Assembly (NCBI GenBank): GCA_973895155.1
Contig: OZ316895.1
Coordinates: 17,439,437-17,503,436 of the forward strand
Length of the DNA: 64,000 nt
Source of the DNA: Marsupella aquatica
Taxonomy: Eukaryota; Plantae; Marchantiophyta
Reading direction: 5' to 3'
Shown here: positions 49,101 to 63,311 of the stretch, piece by piece
How the letters are laid out: each line of letters starts with the position of its first letter
Position numbering within the stretch: the first letter of the stretch is position 1
Notes under the pieces: generated by a model
What the model saw: the letters and a program-made list of their open reading frames with translations, nothing else
What the model was told of the DNA's origin: nothing
Databases searched by the model: none
Program-made: the position numbers and the translations under genes

Positions 49101-52100
49101 TAGAAGCCGTGGAAACTGTGTTAAGCGGGAATTTCAAACAAAATACATGTAGACTTGCAAAATTCAGAACAGCTAAGCGGGAATTGATCCAGATTTTCAG
49201 TGTATTTTAATTTGGGCGAACCATTGTTGAAGACCCAAACTGGAGCTGAATTTAGATCCTCTGCTAGCTGCAAAACCAATACAGAGTTCACATTATGGGA
49301 CCTCATTAGTACAAAACTCTTGACCCTAGTAGATGCTTGACGAAATAATGATTATACATGCGCCATCTTGGAAAAGACTTGAACTTCAATCTGGGGCCAC
49401 AGACAAGCTTTGTTTATCATCCACAAGATTGCTCAGTAAACCCGAAGACAAAAGTGCTCCATCCATACTTTTAGAATCGATCTATTGGACCGCGATGATC
49501 TAGTTCAGCTTCTTCTCGAGCATAGTCCAACGATTGATACTCGTTAATTTAAGTTTGAGTCAATTATAAGTCTAAACTACTCAGCTTTTTGACCGGTTTG
49601 CCGTACCCAACCTTACCTGAAGAAACTCGAAGTACCCAAGTCCATCATCTGACCAGTAGCTCCAAACGTCCCCAAAGTGACCAGGTCTTTCATGCCATGG
49701 GCCAACTGTCTCTCGCCATCGCCAAGCGTTCTGTAGTCTATCACCCTCCACATAGCATCCCCCTGTACCAATGCCATATGTTGATATGAATGATACGAAG
49801 GACGCAGACCTGACAGACGTCCAGTAGTATGTAGTAGAGGGAAATCCCCGGGGAAATCCCTCTACTACATTCAAATGCCCCCGCTATATGGCTGTACCTT
49901 CTCAATAAAACTTTTTCTTAAGTAATGAGCTCGAATCATACTTCCTCTACACCACTAGGCACTTTTTCGCTACGTAGCAAACAGATTATAATGTCTAATG
50001 TATTTGACTTCATGAGAAGTGGAGCTTCTCGAATGGTACACTAAACATGAGTGGACGGTTGCAAGGCAGTCACCTGGAAATCTAACGAAAGCAGGTTTGA
50101 GTTCTTCAAGCATGAGAGCCAGTTCCTTCCTAAAGCCATGACCCTGAAGACAAAGAAGACGTGATCTCAGAACTGAAGCTCCGTACGGTTGTCGGTTTGA
50201 ATTTAGATGACTCATTGGTCGATTATCTCTCATGATCCTGTCATCAAGATACTATGGTTTGGGTACATTTACTTGCACAAACATCTAACAGCTCCACGAA
50301 TTTATTCTGGAAAAACCTCGCAAAGTGACTTAGAGTTACTTCTGCGAGGGAGCTAAAATAACTTGAATCTTGCTCGCGAGCTAAATTGCTTAAATGTAAC
50401 GGAATGACAGATGTTAAAGCAAACCAGAAAGGAGCTCATTATTGTGCATGAAAGTAAACCTTGTACGTCTCCAATGGGAAAGCCGATACTTGGTCGAGCC
50501 AAAATGTTCCTTGCTCAGAACTGGTCAGCGCAAGCATCCCTTGATGATCTGTTTCCGTCGCCTCCAATACAAGCTCATACTTTTGCCAGTCCTGGCCGTT
50601 TTCCCCGTCAATTCTGCCAAGAATATTGTATTCTTCAGCAAATCCTCCAAATAATGGAGACACTGAACAGACCGAAGTGAGACTTTACTAACGAGGACTT
50701 TCAAACATTTATCCAATGGATGCGGACTTTACTAGCGACAGATTTTCTTGTTAGAACTGAATGTATCTGAGAAGTTTACATAAGATTTTCTTGGGCCAAT
50801 GTGTTCTTCGCATCAGCGCTGATAAATTTTACAGCGAGGTTCACAGCCGTCGTCGACTGCAGCCAAAATATAACGCGATACTTTTCTCCGGCACGAATGT
50901 CCTGCAATGACAACAAGGTCGTATTTTGAATTTGCTTCCCTCGGCGAAGTGAACTCGTCTACTGGTCCACTTGGGGAGTTTGCCCATTGGACGAGCTAGT
51001 TTCTATAAACGAGACATCAAGAAAGTCCACTGTGGAGAGCATATCGAAAGAGCAAATTGCGCTTTCGTTAAATGCACAGAACCTAATGCATGTGTGCTAA
51101 GAGGTGTGGACGTACAACATTCCTCTATATCACTGACACGAAGCAATTGTTAATGCATTTTCAGAGTGCGGCTTTGAACAGCTTGTGGTAGAATTGAAGG
51201 TGGGCTCACCATGCCCCAGAAGCCTGGATTGATCACGCCAACACCACCATCGGGGCACCTATTAGCACCCTCTGATACGCAAAGGACTGTCACGCGAAGG
51301 GCTACTGGGTTCCTGTCAAATGGGGATGATCGATCCGTTTCCAGCCAGACGTCGTCTCCGCTTCCCAGAGGATACCATGGTTCTATGCCTGATGGCACAT
51401 TTGGCCCTCCAGCCTCGAACCCTGCTCAAAATTGCAATTTCGAGTGTAAAATACTGAAAATTGATAATTATCTGAAATTTTCAATACTGCGTTCCTTGAG
51501 TTATAACAGACATCAATTGAAAGCCCTTGTTGCTTGGTCAGCTTTCCATCCGAGGATAGACTTAAATTTCGACATGGCAAGTACATGTGCAACAGCGTCG
51601 AGAAGTAGATCGTCTTTATGGTGATCAACTAGTCAAGTCAGGCACGTGCGCACATGGTCGGAATGTACTAAGATCGCTCGGTCCTTCATTCTTAAGAGAA
51701 ACAAAGCTCCATCATGTAAGAAATCTCCGACGAAGCAGAAAAATAACATCCAACAGTCAGTCGGACTACCTCGATTGTTGACAAATTCTCCCCATAGACC
51801 ACCAGCACCGGCATGATTGATTTCCTGAAACAAATTCAGTGCAGGTATTGTTATTAGCACAGCTCCTTCTCACTGGTCGATCAAAATACCAACATGTGGG
51901 GGATCTAATTAGTATACTCGCGAGTGAGACATTGATACTGTGAAATTCAGACTGACTGGCTACTATGTCCGTGTCTACCATTCAAGAATTATGGTGATCT
52001 ATCGTGCGGCATACTGGCAAATTGAAGGCATTAACTATCAAGTCGAGTCGCATCTGACAGGAGTCGCTGTTGAATTGTAATTCCAAGTCGATTTCAATTC

Positions 52101-52681
52101 AATTTACCGGACATCCAATTGAATTAAAGGTTGAAAACACAGTAGGACACGCTCCCGAGGCAGGCGATGGAGTTGAACAGTTCCATAGTTCTGTTTTATA
52201 TTACAAAGTACTTCCCAATATTGTCGACGGAAGAGCACTGCTTTATTTGATTGGTTATTTTTGTTGTTGAGCACTGCAACTTCCTGCTGTGAGAACATGA
52301 GAGATTCCACCAAACGAAAAGATTTGGACTGGATTCGGACAACCGATCCAGGACCGAGCGTAGTTAAGTGAAGTATTTTGTTAACTCATTCAGCTGATCT
52401 AGTTCAGATTCTATTATCCCTGAGAAATGCCGTTTTTCATCCAGGCAGGACAGAGTGCATACCTCAAAGAAGACGCCGAAAAGAGTTTTTGGAATGAGTC
52501 GACCAGGATTGCCTGCATCGACTTTGAGCGTCGCGATCTGATCAGGCTGTCCATTTTGACCACTCCCAGAGTCAGGCAGAAGGGTAGACCGGGAGGCCAC
52601 CACAACGAATATGAATAAACACGGAATGGCCAGCCACATCAGAACTGTTCTGTTTGCAAGTGCGATCGCCTGCTGGTCCAT
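46176..52681 (-). CDS. GH51 alpha-L-arabinofuranosidase (ASD1/ARAF-like), multi-exon, N-terminal signal/anchor
   Basis: IPKTLFGVFFE|EINHAGAGGLWGEFVNNR|GFEAGG, NPGFWGM, FVRFPG|GCYVEG, RPGHFGDVWSYWSDDGLGYFEFLQ, acid/base IAIGNED, nucleophile VSEYAV, YGTPSYWVQ; about 17 GT-AG exons. Confidence 0.95.
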
Positions 52682-54284
52682 TGCAGCCGCTAAACCCGGC
52701 CGGTGCTATGGAGAAGATACACCAAAGATCAACGCGAGCAATCTCTTACTCTCTCGCGAACGCGAATTGCCTGCAGGGAGATAAGACAACATTTACTTCG
52801 TCAACAATTCAGTATGTGTGTCATAGTCTACGCGCGACGGTACACCAAGAATGGCTTGAAAGTCAATTCAGTGAAAAATTCCCGAAATCGGAGTTACTAA
52901 TCTCCGCTGATACATCAAGAAGCACTTTATTTCTGCATCTCCTCATGCTCTAAGTGACGGGAAGAAATCAAAGAAGCCCCTTCAGAATTAGACGACATTT
53001 TATTCGAACTTACGTTGCTCTCAACGCTCGCCTCTTCGTGAGACGGATGACTGGCATCCAGGCCGCAAGCTAGGAAGCCAACAGCTTCAGAGAAAAGACA
53101 TATGACCTCTCGACAAGACTGCTGCAGAATGTTCTACGGGGTATTTTTCAATGGCTGCACATTGAATCGAAACTAGACCATTCCTCAGCCGCACATCAAA
53201 CAACCTTGTCCTCCACTACATGACTCAAGAATGAGATCCGCCACTCGCGGCACCTCTCACATCAATAGATCCAGCCAGTCCTGCTGGCACCATGCCATCA
53301 CTCGTGCCCTGAATGGCCCACCTGGCGAGGATAACAAGCTCTGCCGCACAACCAAAAGGAACGCCTGAGTCATTCAGGTCCAGCTTCAATCCCAGCAGCC
53401 ACAGGTACGCCTTTCTTTCACGCTGCTCGCACGCGCAACATTTTCATGTCTCATACAGTACTCGAAAGAATCTCATGCTCTACCAGCCAAGAACATCGTG
53501 TACAGAGCAAATTCGACAATGATCTATCTTCGAAGGGGGCCTGTCAATCACGGTCCATTTTTTCAACCCCGCTCATTAAATAATCATCTTTCTTTTCTCC
53601 TTCTGGTCTTCGTTGTTCTTTTCCGGGGTTCACTAGACAGAAATATCTTTATTTCTTTCGCGCCACCTGACTTGTCCAAACAATCGCAACAAGAAAGCCA
53701 CCAGATAAAGACGAACTTCGCCGCTCTTCTCGTGACTAACGAACCAAAGGACCAAGACGGCACCAAGTCACCAACTTACATGCTCATCCCGAAAACACGG
53801 CGACGCGAGCTCACTCACGTCCACCTGCTGCTGGTGGTCGGCTCTGGCACTACAGATAAGCTTAAATTTTTGTCGTTGCGGTCACCAACATCATCATTAC
53901 CCCGGCGGATTCTTTTGCTGGTGTTGACTTGATCAGGCGAGGTTGCTTGTACTGGATCTGTGACTGGACGCACTTATCCGCATCTTCATGCGTCCACCCA
54001 CCGCTGTGACCATTGGTCATTCCTAAAATCAATATTCACTACAGATTTCTAGACTTTTGAACTTTAGAACTCCAGCTTCAAAATCAAAATTGACAGATAA
54101 AAGGAATGAGGACAAGATCAATGCTGGGGAACGAATTAAGCGATCGTAGAACGGAATGTCGTACTTCGCCTTTGCGTAGCCGATCCGCATTCTCGCGGAT
54201 TTCCGTCCTTTACATCCTGATTACGCTGTTCTGGACAGCTAATCTGTTCGCGCTGTTCCTCCTCCTGTCAGCAGCAGAAGAAGG

Positions 54285-54540
54285 CATTCGGAATTACAGT
54301 AGAGACGTGCGGAATTGATGTCTTTATTACATTGTACAGTAGAGAACGAACACCATCAAGAAATTATCGATGGAATTCGGATTCCAGTAGAAACTACATT
54401 GTACAGTAGTGAACCAACACGTCAAAAGAAATTATTGATGTGATTCGGATTACACTAGAAACTTGCGGAATTGATGTCTTTAGAACATTGTACAGTAAAA
54501 TGAACCCAACACTCCAACACATTCAAGAATTTATCCATGG
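54285..54540. repeat. Degenerate short tandem repeat (about 65-90 bp, 3 or more copies)
   Basis: ACATTGTACAGTA at about 54329, 54396 and 54485, with recurring ATTCGGA(T)TAC and GCGGAATTGATGTCTTTA. Confidence 0.7.
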
Positions 54541-54732
54541 ATGACCTTTTCAATTGTCAACTTTTCACAGGAGAACGTCGGGTTTCGTGCGCTGCAGAAT
54601 AAAAAGTTGCATTCAAAGCAAAGCAAAGAAGGAAAGTGCAGAGTGAGAATGTGGGGCCGGGGCCGGCTCAGCCCCGGCCCCAACACCATTGCAGAGGAAT
54701 CTCTCTATCCGTGGAATGGAGGGCTCTTATTA

Positions 54733-57700
54733 GTGCATCTCAAAACTCAAAATTCGATGGACCTTACCCCCATAATTATGGGTACCTACACACAAAAACT
54801 CAAAAAGTCACCAACTACTAAAATTCATAGTTCACAACTTTTTTTTGCCTCTAAAAAACCATTTGAAATTCATCCAAAAAGCCAACATACAAAAGGGGTG
54901 GCCCACAAAGGGGGTCGGCACCCAGGTGGACCAAAGGTCGAAAGCCCTAAAGACCAGGGAAGCCAGCACCAGGAGAGAGGGAAGACCAACGATGGAAGCC
55001 AAACAAGAAGTTCAACTACTGCAGCGGGAGGGACAAAACTCCAAAAGACCGGCCAGTGGACAGTGACCGGCATGGTACTGAACAGTGGTTCCACGATAGA
55101 GTCAACAACTATCAGTCTTAGCAACAGGGCATCCTCAACTCCAGATCAACAAAAGAATTCATGGTGGTCGGGGAGGGACAGGGGGTACTTGAAGAACTTC
55201 ATCATGAAGTTCCCACAGTCTCGCCCACGTGCCGTAATCAAGGGACATGTCATTAAGGGCATCTCCAAAGGTAGATTTGCCTGCCCGAATTCTGGATCTA
55301 TGTCGGGCCCAATCCTTACGAATGTAAACTCCCAATTGCTGCCATGCTTTCACAATGACACCCTGAGACGACGATTGGGTGTGCTCAATGAAATGAGTAG
55401 ACCTGTCTTTTCATATATACCAACATATGACAGCCCTCAGAGTGGACCAGAGTTTTACTGGTACATCCCAATCCTCTGGCAGAGGAGCCCCAACAAAAAT
55501 GTGAATTGCCTGCAGGTGAATGATGTTATTTCTTGCAAAAGCAGTCCGTTGCAAGATGAATTGAACCCAAAGCCAGACAGTGGATGAAACATGGCAGCTC
55601 CAAATACAATGCACCAAGTCTTCTTGCTGGTTAAGATTGCACCGAGTGCACCAAGTGAGAGGGTCAGTTGGTGGTGATTTTGGGAACCTCCAGTGCTGGG
55701 TCGCAGGAATCCTATAGATCATCTACCATAGAAAACAATTCTCATTCGCTGCCCTGAAATTGTGCCAAGTGTTGGCCCACAAAGCCTGGAGATTGGGCTG
55801 CCAATTCAGCCGGGCTGCCCATTTCCTAACCGCCTTGTGCACAGTCGTTCTGAGGGGGCCCTGGATTTCTCTAAGATGTGCCGTGCTGGTCTCTAGAATG
55901 GGGATGCCATCCTTCCACTCGTATTGAATAAGCACCATAAAGCTATCCTTGGGTCGTCCAATGCGTTGCAGGGATGTGGTTGCTGTCTTGTGGGACCGAA
56001 TCACCACCTGGTGCAAGATAATACCAGGTGGGGGAGCTGAGTTGTCAGTTCTAAGCAGGAGCCCATTAATTACCTTGAAAGTTCTGATCGGAGTAGACGT
56101 ATCATTGAATTGCTGCCATTGAGAGGTGATGTGGTTTCGTTGAACCTTGAACTCCCGGATAAGAAAGATGCCAGAGGGCAACATCCCCTCCATAAAGAGG
56201 GGGATCCTCTGTCTGGGGTTGCTGTGTAGTTCCGGTATACTAACAAGGTTTCTAATCAAATTTCAATAGGCAGCAGCACAATTACCTGGTAATCTCAGGT
56301 TTGGTCCATCCTCCCACCTAATGAACTCTCCAGTTCCACTAGTGACATCGCTCATAGAGGTCAACCCTGCTCTCTTAAGCTTCCTCTGGGGATTGGTGAT
56401 GCATTTGGCCTGGTTGGGCTGAATGTGGTTGAGAATGAGGTCTCCAGAGGGGGAGTTGAAGCCATCCTTCGAGGTGGCCAGGAGCAGTGGGCCGCAGGTT
56501 CTTCTTGATAACATTCCAGCCAGTGCAAATGTTGTCCACACCTTCGATCCAACCAGCGGCAAAGTGTGGCATTGGGAGACCACCCAAGAGAAATCCGCCA
56601 ATCCCCACTTCTGTTGTGAGAGCATTTTAATCTTGTACTGTAGAATGCGGCGCAGAGGGTGGTGGTCATCTTCCGCCAGAGCCCAGATGATGAAGCTCCC
56701 TGCAAGAGCCTTGAATTGTGCTGCTAGGGAGATTAATCCCAGACCTCCAAACTTCCTAGGGCGTGTTATGGTGGAGAAATTAACCCTCGATCTCGCCTTC
56801 TCATTCTGTCCAGCCCAAATGAAAGAAGTGATCTTCTTCTGTAAAGCGTCCAGTGTGCATTGCTGTCCTGCCCAAACTGTGAGCATATACCAAAGCGTGC
56901 TCAAAACAAGATGGTTAGCAACGGTGACTCTGGCAATTAGAGATCCAGAACTTTTATGAATCTTATCTAATCTGGATTCAAGCTTCTCAGATAGGGAACG
57001 AACCATTTGCGGCTCGAAGATTCCTTGTGCAAAGGGAATGCCAAGGAGCTTGGTTGCAGACTGAGCATCCTCCCACTTCCAAGGCAGGCAATTGAACTCA
57101 ACGGGGACAGGTCGGGAGAGATGAATGCAGCCTTAGTTTTCTCCCATATACAAAACAAACCAGACGCCATGCCAAACAAATCCAATATTCTTTTGCATGA
57201 ATCCACAAATTCCATCACAGCACGTATGACCATCGCCAAGTCATCCGCAAACAGATTATGGACACAGTGGACATCCACCTCATGAATTTGCACCCCTTGG
57301 ATTGTACCCTGATTTGTTTCCCAGAGGATCATTTTGCTTAGCGCATCAATAGCAATCAGAAAGATAAGCGGCGATAAAGGGCAGCCTTGGCGGACAGACC
57401 GAGCCAGCTTGAACGGAGTAGTCATTTTACCATTGAGGAGGATTGCAGATGACGCCGAGACTTGTGTAGCCCGTAGGAACTGCATGATAAGTCCATCGAA
57501 TCCAGCCTTCTCCATGAGGGCGATAAGGAAACTCCACTCCAGTTTGTCAAAGGCCTTCGTGACATCAAGTTTCAAAAGAAAGTAGTCCAAGCCGGTGGTC
57601 TCCGCATGATGTAGTGTTTCGTTAAGCAGCATCAGGGAATGATGAATATTCCTACCTGGAAGGAATGCAAATTGTTGCGGGGTGATGAAGCGCTGGAGAA

Positions 57701-57975
57701 TAGGATTGAGGCGTAACTGGAGTGCCCCTTTATACAAGATTGGGGCATAGTTCATAACTTTTCATAGTTAATAACTTTTGGCCATAAAGATTGATAGTTC
57801 ACGCCGTCTACCAAAGTCATGCTACATAACTACACTGATTACTACTGTAGAGGGCTAGTAAGTTTAAAAATAAACTTTTATATAACCTTGTGAAAAAATT
57901 ATAACCATTCTTTTATGGCCAAAAGCCATCTCCTTAATTTGAAGCTATGCTTAATTTTGAAGCTTTGAGATACCC
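54733..57975. mobile_element. Tourist/Harbinger-like MITE (about 320 bp) split by the LINE insertion
   Basis: Imperfect TIRs: GTGCATCTCAAAACTCAAAATT (54733) and the reverse complement GGGTATCTCAAAGCTTCAAAATT (ends 57975); flanks TTA / TAT. Confidence 0.55.
54843..57745 (-). mobile_element. 5'-truncated L1-type LINE (ORF2 RT + zf-RVT), frameshifted
   Basis: RT motifs QFAFLPGR, KLDVTKAFDKLEW, SVRQGCPLSP, LFADD; RKFGGLGL; zinc finger CTRC...EDLVHCIWSC. A-tail near 54843; 17-bp TSD CATAGTTCA(C/T)AACTTTT at 54826-54842 and 57746-57762. Confidence 0.93.
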
Positions 57976-58506
57976 TATTGGAGTACTAACATTTAAATTA
58001 TACTTAAATGTATAGGGTGGAAGTCAGAAATCTGGGGAGTTAAGCCCATAAATGAGTAACATTAAAAACTAGCATGAGAGCTAGTCACTCACAAAAATTC
58101 AGGTTGGGTTTGCCAACGGCTCCTTTGGATATGCTTTTGGCTGGGAGCATGTGGAAATGACTACATCCTTGTTATGTAAAGCATCAGGATCTACTTCCCC
58201 ATAGCCAAGCTCCACATTCCCTGCGAGCAATGTCCTGATCACTCCTTGGGGGTCTCACTATATGGATGCCTCCCCATCGCCTACAACATTTTTAGGCCCT
58301 GGATCCCCTAAAATGTAAGAAAATTTAATTTTTTAAACCCCTATAAAGTTGAAATATTCCAAAAATTTGGTTATAAGGACCTTAATGTTCTTATGTCTCA
58401 AAATTGAATGTAAAAAACACTATTGTTATTCTCAGAAAATTCTGAAGTCTTCCCTTTGAACCAATAAAATTACCCAAAAAAAAACCAATAAAATGACCCT
58501 ACACTT

Positions 58507-60245
58507 TGTTGTACGTGATGTGACATTTTTGTGGAAGTGAAACCCCTGAGGATCACTCATGGCTCACTGAGCAAGGAGGTCTACTATGATCTAAATTTCT
58601 CAAGGACTTATTTATGAACTGCACATCAAAGCTGCACCTAGGCCCATTGCGCACTATGCATGATTGAAGTCTGGGCATGAAATCTCCATCACCCACTGTA
58701 CACCAAGACTCCATTGCACCTCTTCAAGTTAAGCACAGGGAACTTTGGGTGACTTTGGGTTAATATGGCACTCTTGGAAGCGTTGGGCAATTTTAACCAA
58801 TTTGAAGAGGCAAATTAATGGGATCTTGAGCTGGAAGTGTAACTCACCCTGAACACAACTCAAAATAAGATGACGGGTCTGGAGTCTTGCTTGCTTAAGG
58901 AAAACTCTATTACCAGTAGAATTTGGTGGCAAAAATTTGCCAAATTTTGCCTCACTGAAAAGTATTAGTTCGATGTCTTTTCTAATGTAGTTTGTAACAC
59001 AAAGCATTGTGGGCTCTAATGCCCTGAAAAATGAGTACTGAGGCTCTACTTTTGATGGGCTATTATTGCCTATACTGTTCTGACAGTAAATTGATAGACT
59101 TGATGCCCTTAGTGACTTATTTATTTGTTTTAATTTTTCTTTGTAAAACCTGTGTATGGAAACACAAATATGTAGCTCCTCCATACTCTAGTTCACTTTG
59201 TGTTCCGTCTCTGGGAAGTTTAGCCTTTCCAAGTGGATAATCAAAGAGCAGGAGACGAGTATTCCCAGCCGTGTAACAATGAAACTGAATTATCTCTCTT
59301 CTTGCATTTGACTATTTCTTCTGAGTTTAGTGCTTTACTGTATTGTACTTTGTTTTGACACTTTTTAGTAAATTGTTCTGTTTTGCAACTTTGTTGTACT
59401 TTGTAAAGCTTTTCAATAGATTGGTGGTTGTTGTGCTTTTACTCTAGTTTACTGTGTAACCCTTGTTAGTAAAATGGTCCCTTTCTCTCAACCATGCCAA
59501 TCAATGTGAGAGGCAGTAGACAAAGACAAATATATTCAGTTGCTTGAATAACTGATTTAATAGAATCCACTGAGTGATGTTCTCCCTGCAGCCCCAGTGA
59601 GTGAATCATGAGATCAAATTCCAAATGCTCATGCTCAATTACTGAGTGAACATAATCAAGATGAGTCCACTGAGCTACCGATTGGAGATCATGAAATCTG
59701 CTCATGCTCAGATACTGAGTGAACATCATCAAGATGAGTCCACTGAGCAATCAGTAATTCCCTGCCATCAAGCTGGCTACCATAGAGTCCTCACTGAGCA
59801 AAGACAAAACTGAGCTCAACCCATGAAATTGACTTAAGAACTATTCTTCATGGGCTGAGCTCTAGACCTCACCCAAATGGACCAGACTACAATAGACAAA
59901 CAGAAAAGTGCAAAGTTTCCATAAGGGCAAAGTTCCTAAATTTGCACCTCAATCTTGCTTAGAAATTGCAGTTACCACTTAATGCAAAGAATGGTCCTTG
60001 TATGTATTGCACTTATTGAAGTTGCACATTAAGCACCAGAATCTTGCTAAGGACAACTGTATGCATGAATTGCACCGATAAGGATTCTGATAAGTGCAAA
60101 ATTCTCATAGGTTGAACTTAGTAATACCTACAATTTGGTTGATCTATTGCAAATGTATGTCAGTTGTAATGTTGAATAAATACAAGAAGATGGCTGTCAC
60201 CTAGCCCTTGCACTTAATACTATGGATTAGTTGTACTTCACAAAT
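58507..60245. repeat. Probable LTR-like TE remnant with internal CACTGAG-rich repeats
   Basis: No credible ORF; T-rich U5-like stretch at 59290-59465; duplication of about 73 bp at 59625-59748. Termini and TSD not resolved. Confidence 0.35.
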
Positions 60246-60569
60246 CCCACAACTTTAGAAATGCACCAGCAGACCTCACGTAAGCTTGGCATATTAGACG
60301 TGTCAAAGACACTTACTTGAAAGACCCTGGGGAATATTTGAGCGTCATAGGGCTCCCTTACCCGGTCCATCCAAATAATTGGTCCATAAAAGCTTATCCA
60401 TTTGGCCACAAACAGGCACGCAATCCTGTTGCCTGGGGGGTTACTTAATATCTGAGTAGGTATAATCTGTGTACGATGCTCTATTCAATGACACTGAACA
60501 AGATTTGTTCTAAAGACTATTATCACAGTTGATCTCCACTTAGATATATAAAGAAATATACACACTTTT

Positions 60570-61450
60570 TATATACAAAGGGACCAAACAGAGTACAAAT
60601 GAACAAACAAAAGAGGGCCCAAGTGGACAAAACCAATCGGAAAAGAAGTGAGCAAAAGGGAACCACTAAACACCAAGAAAGAGGAACTAAAAGTAAGAAA
60701 TGAACAATAGGGAACCCCTAAAAACCAAGAAAGAGAGAGAGACTAAAACTAACCCAAGCGGACCAAGGTCCTCATCATTCCTACCGATTGTGGCAAAAAG
60801 CTAATGGTCCACATCAAGAGTCAAAACTAGATCGGCAAGTGGGATTGGAACATCCTCAAGGGGAGCTAGCCGCTGCGGAGGCACACTAGCACCCACTGTA
60901 AGAGATCGACGATAGATGGCCCGAGCTTGAGCACGCTGTAAGGTGACTGAAATGCGTTGGCGAAAGTGCGTGGTCAAAATAGAAAGCGGGGGTCCAGTGG
61001 GACCCATTCGGCCATGAACATCCCGGGCAGCTTGCCGAAGAAGCCCATCAAACTGAGGATGAAGACGCCCAAATAGCTCCACAGCAAGGGGGAGGAAACA
61101 CGAAGACGGCCACGAGGGGGAGGGGAGGACGGGGGAGAAGTGTGGGGTGGGGCTGGGCGCTTGCCCCGCGCCAACACTCTCAACGTAGACATGACAGGCC
61201 GCAACCCGATAAAAGCAAAAACGCATCAAGAAGCGACAAAAGGCCCAACCGAGGCATGTGAAAAGAAAGGGGAGGCGATGGAGAGAGCCCACCGCATCAG
61301 GTCGAGAAACGGCGCCACCGCTAGCCTAGGAAACCGTTGAGTAGGTGCAGGAACAGTAAGGAACAAAGCTGAAACGCCCGTCGATCTGTCCGTTGGGGAG
61401 TCGACGCGAGTGAAGATCCGCCCTCTAGATGGAGCGTGCGGCAACAGCTC
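60570..61450 (-). mobile_element. 3' fragment of a CRE-like (restriction-like endonuclease) non-LTR retrotransposon
   Basis: ORF 60801-61292 contains FLPLAVELFGRLH...PPLSILTTHFRQRISVTLQRAQARAI, the C-terminal signature of REL-type elements, followed by a T-rich 3' UTR. Confidence 0.7.
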
Positions 61451-61486
61451 CCGAAGGCAACAACCAATTGGAGGAGAAGCGATGGC

Positions 61487-61877
61487 CTAAAGCCGATGTG
61501 ACTCGCTCATACGTTGCCCCAAATCGAGTCGTGGAAACGCCAAGATCGCCAAACGCGCAGCCAATGTGAAAAAACGGCAAAACCTAAATCTGATGAAACT
61601 CGCTCAATTGGTGACTGTTTGGGGCGCAATTCATATCGATCTTCACCGCCTCGCCAAGATCTTTCCAAAGCCGTCAAGAACACCCAGATCCGAAACTCCT
61701 GGAGAAAGTTATGACCCAAATGGAGTCGCGAAATCGCCAAAATGGTCAAACGCGCAGAAAAAGTGAAAAACGGCAAAACCTAAATCCGATGTAACTCGTT
61801 CATAGGGTGACCGTTTGGGGCGCAAGTCGTATCTATCTTCACCGCCTCGCCAAGATCTTTCCAAAGCCGTCAAGAAC
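61487..61877. repeat. About 197-bp tandem repeat (2 copies plus a partial)
   Basis: AAAAACGGCAAAACCTAAATC.GATG...TCTTCACCGCCTCGCCAAGATCTTTCCAAAGCCGTCAAGAAC at about 61519-61682 and 61716-61877. Confidence 0.85.
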
Positions 61878-62837
61878 TTAGATCTATAAACATCACACTC
61901 AAAAAAGATTGAGCCTATGACTCAGTCTCCTTATACCATCTTTTAGATGATATCTTAGTCTTCAGGTGGTTTGGTAGTATCCTTTTGTTGTATGTTATGG
62001 CTTAGGCTGGTTCTTAGGGTTTTCATCCACCTCCTGCCCCCTGATAGATGAGTGAGGCCAGGTTGCATGTTAAGATAGGCCAGTAAAATTTTGATGTAAT
62101 TGTGTATGCTGCAACTTAACCTTGGAATGGCCACTGGCGGATCAGTGCTCTGGGAGGGGAGGTGTGTGGGTAGGAGACGGGGTTGTTCATTTAAACCTCC
62201 ACTGTCCCCCAAGCAAAACCTGATGGGATCTAGCTCGCTATAATTAGTCAAAAGTGTTCTTGACAAAGTTGGCAAAAAAGCTGTGGCTTTTTTAATCCTC
62301 CCACAACATCTGGGACAGGGGCGATTGAACCTAAGGAAGACTTGTGTTGAAAGCTATTCAAGTCCATCCTTTGAGACTTTTCAACATTAATGAGTATTTT
62401 ACTTGTAACCAATCATGTGATGCCATGGGACAACCAGGACCTTTATACCCCTCAGTTTCTAAGGATATCTAAATATTTTTAGTAAAACTTATCATTTGGC
62501 CATAGATTTGATTGCATGTAGTTTTAGATATCAAGGAGTATATATGTCAAATATGCTGATGAAAGGAACCCAAAAAGTTCTTTAGTGACCCCACTAGAGG
62601 TCCCTTCCAAAATTCCTGGCTCCACAGCATGCCACATCATCATGACGTGCTGCAAACGGGTACGAATTGGTTTACAAAATAAAATGACTTTAACATTTGT
62701 GTTTGCGGCAGAATTTTGGTAAAATTGGGGACGCCATGCCGTAAATCTTCATGTAAAAAGTAATAAAAAAATAACTGTTTTATTTACCCTGAGTAGGCCC
62801 GCAACTCAGTTTTATCTACCGCAAATAACCAACTGCC

Positions 62838-63311
62838 CCCGGGTATGCAACTCCCCTTTTTATAAATCAAGTTTTTAATTCCTTATAATGACCCTATATC
62901 CTTAGACCATCTTAGATTTCATTTTAGTTTACTAAAGTCTTGTACCTCTCAATTCAAGGAATCCAAAAATGTAACTTAAAAAAATTCCGAATATGTTTTG
63001 ATGTATAGAAAGTTGATCAAAACCAAATTATATGACTTGTTTTTAATACAGGGGTCTACAGCCAAACTAGCCAGCTTTTTAGGATTTTTATTAAAATTTT
63101 AAAAATATTTTAATAAAAACTACAACATGTATAGGAATATTTTTTAATTTCATACGGAAAAAGAGGAGAACCAAACCTTTTGTATGACTTGAAAATTTTT
63201 AAAAGTGGAAAACCCAGGTTTTTTCAAATTTTTCAAATTTTGTATAGCCAACTTTTTAGTCCATATAAAAATGTAGACCCCTGCCAATTATACAAGAGTT
63301 GTGTACCCGGG
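62838..63311. mobile_element. hAT-like MITE (474 bp)
   Basis: 16-bp TIRs CCCGGGTATGCAACTC / GAGTTGTGTACCCGGG (14/16 match), perfect 8-bp TSD CAACTGCC (62830-62837, 63312-63319), AT-rich interior. Confidence 0.85.

Noticed and set aside
54541-55587. 348-aa + strand ORF
   Set aside because: Runs antisense across the LINE 3' end and the MITE, with no recognisable domain; likely a chance ORF.
58507-60562. Solo LTR with TSD CACTT
   Set aside because: The 5-bp match could be chance in AT-rich DNA, and alternative termini fit equally poorly.
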